Virus record (IMG/VR): IMGVR_UViG_3300045988_008747
Reading direction: 5' to 3' (one strand)
Length of the DNA stretch: 43,003 nucleotides
Source of the DNA: a virus
The notes under the pieces are model-generated. The model worked only from the letters and a program-made list of their open reading frames with translations. It had not been told where the DNA came from and did not search any database. Both the position numbers and the translations under genes were made by a program. Each line of letters begins with the position of its first letter. The stretch's first letter is position 1. This document shows, piece by piece, positions 1-6,190 of this stretch.

Positions 1-135
1 CGTGCTGCAATCGCCGCTGGACCCCGCCGTGCTGCAATTGCCGCTGGACCCCGCCGTGCTGCAATTGCCGCTGGACCCCGCCGTGCTGCAATTGCCGCTG
101 GACCCCGCCGTGCTGGAATAGCCGCTGGAAAAAGG
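1..135. repeat. Tandem 27-bp coding repeat (5 units), same array as 42697..43003
   Basis: Units cgtgctgcaat[c/t]gccgctggaccccgc at 1, 28, 55 and 82, plus a degenerate unit at 109. Confidence 0.95.
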
Positions 136-468
136 TTCTTTGCCCTTCACCCGATTAAAAACGGCATTCACTGTAGCTTTTACCAGCCCTGCAAAATTCA
201 CCTCGCCTTTCACCGTAAGCTCAGTGCAGGCCAGTTTACTGTCCTCTACGCTTTTATCCACGTTCCCGCCGCACTCGACCTCAAAAAAGCGCGGGCCATC
301 CTTCAACGGGTAGTAGTGCAGCACATCCAGCGGGTTCTCGCAAGCGTGCATACCAGCGTGGCAGCAGTCGGCCTCAGGCTCTGTGTAGGTCTTGCCCACC
401 TCATACTGCTTGCCACGGCACATCATGTTTTTGTCCATGGCCTTGTATGCAATGATCTTTTCACTCAT
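1..468 (-). CDS. N-terminal part of a repeat protein (conserved head I recall as DUF7666-like, then SSG[DN][CY]STAG nonapeptide array); the ORF leaves the window at nt 1 and is completed by 42487..43003
   Basis: ATG at 468-466 (rc) with AGGAGG 9 nt upstream. 156 sense codons stay open to nt 1: MSEKIIAYKAMDKNMMCRGKQYEVGKTYTEPEADCCHAGMHACENPLDVLHYYPLKDGPRFFEVECGG...SSGYSSTAGSSGNCSTAG. It is missing from the ORF track only because no stop lies in-window. Confidence 0.8.
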   Translation of the reverse strand, partial: MSEKIIAYKAMDKNMMCRGKQYEVGKTYTEPEADCCHAGMHACENPLDVLHYYPLKDGPRFFEVECGGNVDKSVEDSKLACTELTVKGEVNFAGLVKATVNAVFNRVKGKEPFSSGYSSTAGSSGNCSTAGSSGNCSTAGSSGNCSTAGSSGDCST

Positions 469-488
469 GGGTGGTGTCCTCCTTTCTA

Positions 489-731
489 TCAATGTCGCAG
501 CACAACATTGGACGAATGAACCAGATATGTCACGCCGTCAATCTTCACTTGCAGCTGGTCGCCCTCGTAATCGTCCCAACTGTTCAATTTCCCCTCGACA
601 ATCGTTCCGTCTGGCATTTTCAGCTGTGCCCAGCTGTATTCATAGGTCAGGTCAATAACCTGCTTATTGCATCCGGCCATCAGCAAAGCGCTTGCCAATA
701 CGGACGCTACGCCAACAATAATTTTTTTCAT
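489..731 (-). CDS. Small secreted lipoprotein (80 aa)
   Basis: MKKIIVGVASVLASALLMAGC has a signal peptide and an LMAGC lipobox. AAAGGAG RBS upstream of the ATG. Confidence 0.8.
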   Translation of the reverse strand: MKKIIVGVASVLASALLMAGCNKQVIDLTYEYSWAQLKMPDGTIVEGKLNSWDDYEGDQLQVKIDGVTYLVHSSNVVLRH

Positions 732-776
732 GCTCGTTTCTCCTTTTAATAAAATGTTTAATAAAATGTCTTCTCT

Positions 777-1265
777 TTGCTGTGCCGTCGCAGTTCTCTG
801 CGTTTCCTAGCTTCACTCTTCTCTGCCTTTGCTAAACATCGCTTCTCAAAGCCATTGCGCTACTTGACTAAGCTGGTCCTTGCCAAGCCGTTCCATCGCA
901 AATCACGGCATTTCTTCTCTCTTCCATGCCAATGCATCCGAAGCAAAACCTTGCCGCAGCGAATCGTTACGGTGCACCACTTTTCCTTCGCAAATCACAT
1001 CAGCGCTTTTCTCTGCCATTCCTTCGCGTCGCATTGCTCTGCTAGCTATGCCTCCGCCTTGCCCGTCTGTGCTTCTCAGTGCCACTGCACAGCAGTTCAC
1101 CTCATAGCCTTTGCTGTTCCGTGCCATGCTCATCATCGCCATCGCTAGGCCAGTCCACGCGCATCAATGCCCTTGCGGCTCGTAACCACTCCCAGCCTTG
1201 CCATTGCCACGCCTCGAGCTGCACCGCCTCCGCGAATCAGGGCCGTCAATGCCATGCCGTTGCTC
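777..1265 (-). pseudogene. Decayed coding region or gene remnant with no convincing intact ORF
   Basis: The minus strand is purine-rich like neighbouring genes but is broken into short frames (36 aa, 79 aa at 903..1142, and others). A degenerate direct repeat ttcc[a/t]tcgcaaatcac occurs at 891-906 and 983-998 and encodes related peptides (..AVICDG.. / ..DVICEG..) in different frames. Confidence 0.3.
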
Positions 1266-1898
1266 TCAGTCCTTCACCTCATAGGCAATGTAAGTAAACC
1301 GGCCTTTTCCGCTGTTGCGCCACTGGCCGATGCCGCGCAGAATGCCATAATCCAGCCACTCACGCACGGCCTTTTCGTGGCTGTCGTCAAGGAGGGTCAC
1401 GTCAAACTCGCAGCTGCTACCCGCCGGGATTTCCTCACTGTTGGCAAGGCTCACGCGCTCTCCCTGTGCGGTCTGGGCACGCAGCGGACGCTGGCAGTCG
1501 GTAATCTTACCGTTCACGTGAATGGGAATCATGCGGGGCTGAACGAAGATCAGGCCGTCAATGGCCTTCTTGTAAGCGGTCAGCTTGCCGCTTTCGTTCA
1601 CGGCCTTCTTCTTGCCAGCCTCGGTTTTGCCGCCGATACGGCCCAGCATACCGCAGGAGTCCTTGAAGAACCCCTTGATCTGGTAATCGTAAAAGATCGG
1701 ATTGCCGTCCGGGTCACGCGGGAAAACGGTCATGCCCTTGTCAGCTACCGCATCAGGGCCAAGAGCCGCCACTTCATCCTCGATGGTTGCAGCATCCGGC
1801 GACTTGCTGGCGATGAACTCCCGGGCAACATTGGGGTTTGCGGGCCAGGTGCCAAGCACCGGCTCAATAAACGTAGCTTTCACATGCAGTTTTTTCAT
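1266..1898 (-). CDS. Early protein of unknown function with RAMP (Csm3/Cmr4, Cas7-like) motif pattern, 210 aa
   Basis: GGAGG lies 8 nt before the ATG at 1898. Motifs: PIFYDYQIKGFFKDSCGML, EEIPAGSSCEFDVTLLD and a C-terminal glycine-rich loop LRGIGQWRNSGKGRFTY. Confidence 0.85.
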   Translation of the reverse strand: MKKLHVKATFIEPVLGTWPANPNVAREFIASKSPDAATIEDEVAALGPDAVADKGMTVFPRDPDGNPIFYDYQIKGFFKDSCGMLGRIGGKTEAGKKKAVNESGKLTAYKKAIDGLIFVQPRMIPIHVNGKITDCQRPLRAQTAQGERVSLANSEEIPAGSSCEFDVTLLDDSHEKAVREWLDYGILRGIGQWRNSGKGRFTYIAYEVKD

Positions 1899-1923
1899 CT
1901 TTGTAACCTCCAAAATATATTGC

Positions 1924-2745
1924 TTACGCTACCCCGTCCTGGTTGTGCTGCCGGGCGGCAAGCTCCATCTGCTCCACGCTCTGCCTGCGCTCCACGCTGG
2001 GCAGCATTCCCACGGCCTTGAGCTGCTCATAGATAAAACGCTGACCCGCTTCCGTCCATACGGTGGTGTTCTTGGTGTCCCACTCGCCGGTGCTCTTGTG
2101 CTGGAACGGCGTGGATTTGCGGTTTTTGGTGTAACCCTTGCCGCAATACTTGGCGTATAGCACCCACTGGCCGTCGCTGGTCTTGTACTGGATCTTCAGG
2201 CCGTGAAGGATGCTGTTGAGTTTCTCGGCGCTCAGGCCGTAATCCTTGGCAAGGCTGGTAGTGGTGCGGCAGTTCTTGCCCACGCACACCGCCCGGGCAT
2301 ACTCTGCATCCGGCTTCAGGTCGCTGTTCTCTGCCAGAAGCTGGCGGTTTGCGGCCTTGAGCTGGTCGTTCTGCTTCTGGGCAATAAGCACCGCACGGCG
2401 CATGACCGCTTCCGGGCTGTTCCACTTGGCTTCAATGGCCAGAAAATACTGCCGTGCCTGCTTGCCACGCTCGTTGCGCTGGATCATGCACAGCTCTTTG
2501 GCCATCGGGATGGTGAGTTGGTGGTCAACCTTGTTCTGACCACCGTGCTGTTTTTCGCTTCCCAAATTTGAGAAGCAAGATTCAAAGTCAACGTGCTCGG
2601 TAAAAAGACCGCCTTCGCACATCCGCTTGAACCAGTCGGCGTACTTCGTGCCGACCTGCAAAAACTCGTGCAGCTCCCGGCCGCTCACCGTGGGGCGCTC
2701 CGGGTTGTCGTAGCTGACAGGAATCAGCGATTTTAAATCATCCAT
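1924..2745 (-). CDS. ant: Phage antirepressor (AntA/AntB N-terminal domain plus KilAC C-terminal domain)
   Basis: RELHEFLQVGTKYADWFKRMCE...DFE (AntA-like) and TTTSLAKDYGLSAEKLNSILHGLKIQYK...WVLYAKY (KilAC-like). GGGAGG RBS before the ATG at 2745. Confidence 0.85.
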   Translation of the reverse strand: MDDLKSLIPVSYDNPERPTVSGRELHEFLQVGTKYADWFKRMCEGGLFTEHVDFESCFSNLGSEKQHGGQNKVDHQLTIPMAKELCMIQRNERGKQARQYFLAIEAKWNSPEAVMRRAVLIAQKQNDQLKAANRQLLAENSDLKPDAEYARAVCVGKNCRTTTSLAKDYGLSAEKLNSILHGLKIQYKTSDGQWVLYAKYCGKGYTKNRKSTPFQHKSTGEWDTKNTTVWTEAGQRFIYEQLKAVGMLPSVERRQSVEQMELAARQHNQDGVA

Positions 2746-2759
2746 GCTTTCACCTCCCA

Positions 2760-2966
2760 TCACGCCACTCCGTCACGCTGGACGGCTCGGTCGTTCTTTC
2801 GCACCGCCGCCATGCCCATGCCCATCCAGAGCAAGGTCTGCTTGTCCCGGGGATCCAACGAGTCAAACAGCTCGTTGACCAGGGCGTCCGCAGCGTGGGC
2901 TCCGTCAATGGGGATGCTGTACCGCTCTGCAGCCAGATCGGTGCGGTTCTTCTTTGCCTTTGCCAT
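2760..2966 (-). CDS. Hypothetical early protein (68 aa)
   Basis: GAAGGAG lies 8 nt before the ATG at 2966 (MAKAKKNRTDL...). Tightly packed in the operon. Confidence 0.6.
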   Translation of the reverse strand: MAKAKKNRTDLAAERYSIPIDGAHAADALVNELFDSLDPRDKQTLLWMGMGMAAVRKNDRAVQRDGVA

Positions 2967-3059
2967 AAAATCAACTCCTTCTGTGGTTGGCACCCACGAC
3001 CTTGCCCGGCTGGCTGCCGGGTGGTTTCGGCCCCTGCCACAGGGCCATCATCAGGCGGG

Positions 3060-3266
3060 TCAATGTACCATAATCTCTTCGGCAAACTTGCGGTTCTCGC
3101 CCATAAAGACCGTGTAACCGGTGGTCTCGTTTCGGAGCGTGTAACCATCGTGGTCACGCAGAAAAAGGTACTCGTTTGAGTTCCCGCTTCGGCTGAGTTC
3201 GGTGTAAGTGTAAGCCTTGCCGAGGTCTGCGATTGCAAGCGCCTTTCGAAAATTGGTCTTGGTCAT
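3060..3266 (-). CDS. Hypothetical early protein (68 aa)
   Basis: CGGAGGAA RBS. ORF MTKTNFRKALAIADLGKAYTY... Confidence 0.6.
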   Translation of the reverse strand: MTKTNFRKALAIADLGKAYTYTELSRSGNSNEYLFLRDHDGYTLRNETTGYTVFMGENRKFAEEIMVH

Positions 3267-3269
3267 CGT

Positions 3270-3515
3270 TTATTCCTCCGTTCTGCCCATGAGCTTTTCC
3301 TGCTCGTCCAGCATCTTGTAGGTGATACCGGCCTCGCGCAGCTGTGTGCCGCGCCGCTTGTCCGCCTGCAAGTTGTACAGATACCGGCGTCGGCGATACG
3401 CCACGCGGGTGGCCTTCTGGGCCAAGCGCACGTCCGGGTCATCCCGGAGCAGCGCAATTTGCTGTTCTACATCTTCGTCCGTCAGAGTGTGACGGCGGCT
3501 CTTAACTTCTTCCAT
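3270..3515 (-). CDS. Hypothetical early protein (81 aa, basic and helical)
   Basis: GGAGGG RBS. ORF MEEVKSRRHTLTDEDVEQQIALL... Confidence 0.6.
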   Translation of the reverse strand: MEEVKSRRHTLTDEDVEQQIALLRDDPDVRLAQKATRVAYRRRRYLYNLQADKRRGTQLREAGITYKMLDEQEKLMGRTEE

Positions 3516-3518
3516 CGC

Positions 3519-3698
3519 TTAGCCCTCCAACTCTTTCAGCAGAGTTTCAAGCTCTGCAATCTTCTCCTCGTAGTACATCCCGCCCTTACGGCTCCCACAG
3601 TAGCGGGAGTAGGAAATCTTCCAGCGGCGAATCTGCTCCTTGCAAGTAGCCACCGGGTCTGCTGCGGATTTGATTTGGTCGATGCTCATGCGCTCCAT
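3519..3698 (-). CDS. First early-operon protein (59 aa)
   Basis: GGAGGA lies 8 nt before the ATG at 3698 (MERMSIDQIKSAADP...). It is the first ORF downstream of the minus-strand consensus promoter. Confidence 0.55.
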   Translation of the reverse strand: MERMSIDQIKSAADPVATCKEQIRRWKISYSRYCGSRKGGMYYEEKIAELETLLKELEG

Positions 3699-3741
3699 GC
3701 TTTTATCCTCCTGTTTGCTTGCGTTTGTTGATTGCATGACA

Positions 3742-3770
3742 AGTATAAGTCATTAAACAACATTTGTCAA
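3742..3770 (-). promoter_or_regulatory. Early (lytic) sigma-70-type promoter
   Basis: On the minus strand, TTGACA (3770-3765), a 17-nt spacer and TATACT (3747-3742). Confidence 0.7.
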
Positions 3771-3803
3771 GGGTATTTTTGTTGATTTCTTAAACAAAAT
3801 TCA

Positions 3804-3832
3804 TTGACTTCCATTTTGCGCTGTGCTATAAT
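3804..3832 (+). promoter_or_regulatory. Repressor (lysogenic) sigma-70-type promoter
   Basis: TTGACT (3804-3809), a 17-nt spacer and TATAAT (3827-3832), 21 nt upstream of the XRE gene. Confidence 0.7.
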
Positions 3833-3853
3833 AAGGTCACGGAGGTGAGCTCC

Positions 3854-4234
3854 ATGACAATCGGCGAACGAGTCAAGGAACTGCGGAAGCAGGTTAACTT
3901 GACGCAGCAAGCCTTTGCAGACAGACTGAACCTCAAAAGAAATACAGTTGGCAGCTACGAAGTAAACGTAGTGGAGCCCAGCGACCGAACGATCTCTGAC
4001 ATCTGCCGCGAGTTTAACGTCAACGAGACGTGGCTGCGGACCGGTGAAGGAGAGATGTTCAACCAGATAACCCAGTCGGAGAAGCTGGCTGCTTTTCTCG
4101 CTGACATTACGGCGAACGAAGAAGACAGCTTCAAACGGCAGTTTGTGGAAGTTCTGGCCGAGCTGGAGCCCGAAGACTGGAAATTTCTTGAGCGGATGGC
4201 GAGAAAGCTGCAAAAAAAAGAGGGAAACCCGTAA
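3854..4234 (+). CDS. XRE-family HTH repressor (CI-like, no peptidase domain)
   Basis: MTIGERVKELRKQVNLTQQAFADRLNLKRNTVGSYE is a classic HTH_3 motif. GGAGG lies 8 nt before the ATG at 3854. Divergent from the early operon. Confidence 0.9.
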   Translation: MTIGERVKELRKQVNLTQQAFADRLNLKRNTVGSYEVNVVEPSDRTISDICREFNVNETWLRTGEGEMFNQITQSEKLAAFLADITANEEDSFKRQFVEVLAELEPEDWKFLERMARKLQKKEGNP

Positions 4235-4250
4235 GGGTTCCCCTTCTTTT
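4221..4250 (+). terminator. Rho-independent terminator of the repressor gene
   Basis: agggaaaccc-gtaa-gggttcccct stem-loop followed by tcttttgc. The stop codon lies in the loop. Confidence 0.7.
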
Positions 4251-4261
4251 GCTACCTTGAT

Positions 4262-4375
4262 TTATTTAATTAGCTTGCTGGCGTAAACCCAGACCAGGCG
4301 CAGCTTGTGCGGGTCTGCCTTTTCCAGCAGTTTGATAATTGCGTCAATGTAGCCTTGTCGGTCTGTGGTGTTCAT
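4262..4375 (-). CDS. Small ORF (37 aa) below the ORF-track cutoff
   Basis: GGAGGCATCAGA-ATG. MNTTDRQGYIDAIIKLLEKADPHKLRLVWVYASKLIK. Confidence 0.4.
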   Translation of the reverse strand: MNTTDRQGYIDAIIKLLEKADPHKLRLVWVYASKLIK

Positions 4376-4424
4376 TCTGATGCCTCCTATGTAATGTAAA
4401 TTTAATATGTGTGAGGTGCGTTTT

Positions 4425-4994
4425 ATGAAATGTCCCAAATGCGGAGCTGAAATTGAGAACGTAAAATTCTGCCCTGAATGTGGAGCACCTGTTGCTTCGG
4501 GTTCCGTGACAGCAGCTATCGAATCAGACGAAAAGCCTGAAAAGAAGAAAAAAGGTCACGGATGCGGATGCGCGGTCGCTGTTAGTGTTGCGCTGATCGT
4601 GTTCATCATTATGATTACCCCTTCTTCCAGCACGACAAGTTCAACATCCGGAACAAAGAGCAGCACGTCCATAAAATCGTCAATTTCTGCCGATGATGGC
4701 CTTACAATGGGGCAGAGAAACGCTTTGCGGTCTGCCGAAAACTACCTGAGTGCTGGTATGGGATTCTCTTACAGCAGCCTTGAAGGTCAGCTTGAGTATG
4801 AAGGATATTCCACAGAAGATGCTACTTATGCCGTAGATCATTGTGGTGCTGACTGGGACGAACAGGCTGCGATAAGAGCAAAAAATTATATCAATTCCAT
4901 GTCTTTCTCTCGCTCCGGTCTGATTGAACAGCTGGAGTTTGAGGGATTTAGCCAAAGCCAAGCGGAATACGGTGCCACTGCTGTGGGATATTGA
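4425..4994 (+). CDS. ltp: Ltp-family superinfection-exclusion protein: zinc ribbon, TM segment, Ser/Thr linker and two Ltp repeats
   Basis: MKCPKCGAEIENVKFCPECG, then the hydrophobic AVAVSVALIVFIIMI, then GQRNALRSAENYL...LEGQLEYEGYSTEDATYAVDHC and AIRAKNYINSMSFSRSGLIEQLEFEGFSQSQAEYG. GAGGTG RBS before the ATG at 4425. Confidence 0.85.
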   Translation: MKCPKCGAEIENVKFCPECGAPVASGSVTAAIESDEKPEKKKKGHGCGCAVAVSVALIVFIIMITPSSSTTSSTSGTKSSTSIKSSISADDGLTMGQRNALRSAENYLSAGMGFSYSSLEGQLEYEGYSTEDATYAVDHCGADWDEQAAIRAKNYINSMSFSRSGLIEQLEFEGFSQSQAEYGATAVGY

Positions 4995-5073
4995 TGTGTC
5001 AACTTGTTCACAACCATATTATAAAACCGTTGGTTGTATTTGTCAATTCCCATTCGTGCACTGTTTTCTGTGG

Positions 5074-5100
5074 AAAAATCCACTGAAAACGTGGATTTGC
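5074..5100 (-). terminator. Hairpin terminator between convergent genes
   Basis: aaatccac-tgaaaac-gtggattt. On the minus strand it is followed by a T-run (rc of gaaaaa). Confidence 0.55.
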
Positions 5101-5114
5101 GCTGACATTTCAGC

Positions 5115-5327
5115 TTATTCGCGGTTGCAAGGCTGTTGCAAATTTTGCAACAGGTCAGCGGCTACATCCCCGCCGGGTTCACCGGCGGCAGCGTGCAGCT
5201 TGTCAAGCGCGGCGATCTTGTGGGACGCGTACATCATAGCAAGGGCTTGCTGATCTGGTGTCATGCTCACATAGCAGGCCAGAGCGGCGCGGATATAGGT
5301 GCTGAAGTGCTTCATTTTGTCTTTCAT
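5115..5327 (-). CDS. Hypothetical protein (70 aa)
   Basis: GGGAGGAA RBS. MKDKMKHFSTYIRAALACYVSMTPDQQ... Confidence 0.55.
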   Translation of the reverse strand: MKDKMKHFSTYIRAALACYVSMTPDQQALAMMYASHKIAALDKLHAAAGEPGGDVAADLLQNLQQPCNRE

Positions 5328-5330
5328 GGC

Positions 5331-5441
5331 TCATTCCTCCCAGGGTGCAGGGGTGTGGTCGGTGCCGGTCAGGATGCTGGCGGGCATTCCGTCGATGATG
5401 GTCATTTCAGCTTCTTTGCCGTTTCTTTGCTCAAAATCCAT
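5331..5441 (-). CDS. Small ORF (36 aa)
   Basis: AAAGGAGAAAACAAA-ATG at 5441. MDFEQRNGKEAEMTIIDGMPASILTGTDHTPAPWEE. The longer track ORF (to 5576) would cross the promoter and terminator region. Confidence 0.45.
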   Translation of the reverse strand: MDFEQRNGKEAEMTIIDGMPASILTGTDHTPAPWEE

Positions 5442-5487
5442 TTTGTTTTCTCCTTTCTTTTGTGCACATCTACGATTTATAATCCAG

Positions 5488-5496
5488 ATTTTACCA
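5488..5496 (-). promoter_or_regulatory. Extended -10 promoter element (TGgTAAAAT) for 5441..5115
   Basis: The rc of attttacca is TGGTAAAAT, about 45 nt upstream of the ATG at 5441. The -35 is weak. Confidence 0.35.
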
Positions 5497-5535
5497 TGCG
5501 CCGTTGGAAAACAAAATACGGATAAAATTTGTCGA

Positions 5536-5567
5536 ATGGCGCAGACTTTTTCTGCGCCATTTTTTGT
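5536..5567 (+). terminator. Plus-strand intrinsic terminator or attenuator just upstream of the xre-int operon
   Basis: atggcgcag-acttttt-ctgcgccat followed by tttttt, 33 nt before the ATG at 5600. Confidence 0.6.
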
Positions 5568-5599
5568 TAAAAACACACTGGTTTTATGGGGGTGAAAGT

Positions 5600-6187
5600 A
5601 TGAGTTATTTTACGGCGAGCCAAATCGGGAAAGCGCTTGCAAAAGCACGGGTGTCTGCTGGATTGAGTCAAGTGGAGATCGCGAGACGCATCGAAAAAGG
5701 AGAGCGCACCGTGCAGAGCTGGGAAAAAGGCTGCACCAGCCCGGACAGTGACGAGATCATGGACTGGTGCACTGCGTGCGGGGTGTCACCCATCACGATT
5801 TTCATGGAAATGCTTCACCCGGATCTGTACAAAGTGCCGGATGACGGCAAGGCCGACGATGAGCTAAACGCAGAGTTTCGCCGTCTCGTGGTAAACCTGC
5901 CACCGCTGACGAAAAGGCTGCTGCTTTTTATTCTAAAGGGTCGGCACGGCAGCAGCCCGCCTGCTGTCATATCGGAGATGGCGGCAAACCTCCACTGCCC
6001 GCTCAATAACCGGGTCAGCGTATGCGGGACCATCATAGACCAGTATACCTATGCGCAGATCGCGGGCCTTGACCCATGCCCAGACGCTCCGCATCCTCCC
6101 ATTGACGACCTGAAAATCAACTACAGGGCCGGAAGGGCCGCTGCCGAAAATGGTGCCTTCGGATATATCGGGCAGAAAAAGGAGTAA
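5600..6187 (+). CDS. Second XRE-family HTH regulator (195 aa) with an uncharacterised C-terminal domain
   Basis: IGKALAKARVSAGLSQVEIARRIEKGERTVQSWEKG is an HTH_3 motif. The ATG at 5600 follows GGGGGTGA. The stop lies 3 nt before int. Confidence 0.8.
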   Translation: MSYFTASQIGKALAKARVSAGLSQVEIARRIEKGERTVQSWEKGCTSPDSDEIMDWCTACGVSPITIFMEMLHPDLYKVPDDGKADDELNAEFRRLVVNLPPLTKRLLLFILKGRHGSSPPAVISEMAANLHCPLNNRVSVCGTIIDQYTYAQIAGLDPCPDAPHPPIDDLKINYRAGRAAAENGAFGYIGQKKE

Positions 6188-6190
6188 GCC

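Noticed and set aside
1-135. The tandem repeats at both window ends as a CRISPR array.
   Set aside because: The units are contiguous with a 27-bp period and no spacers. They lie inside an open reading frame, and no cas genes are present.
903-1142. ORF 903..1142 (-) as a bona fide gene.
   Set aside because: It has no RBS, odd composition and fragments related to it in other frames nearby. I treat it as part of a decayed region rather than a confident CDS.
5504-5599. The upstream extension of the XRE gene (track ORF 5504..6187).
   Set aside because: It would be translated through the terminator hairpin at 5536-5567 and has no RBS. The ATG at 5600 follows a G-rich RBS and starts the HTH domain.
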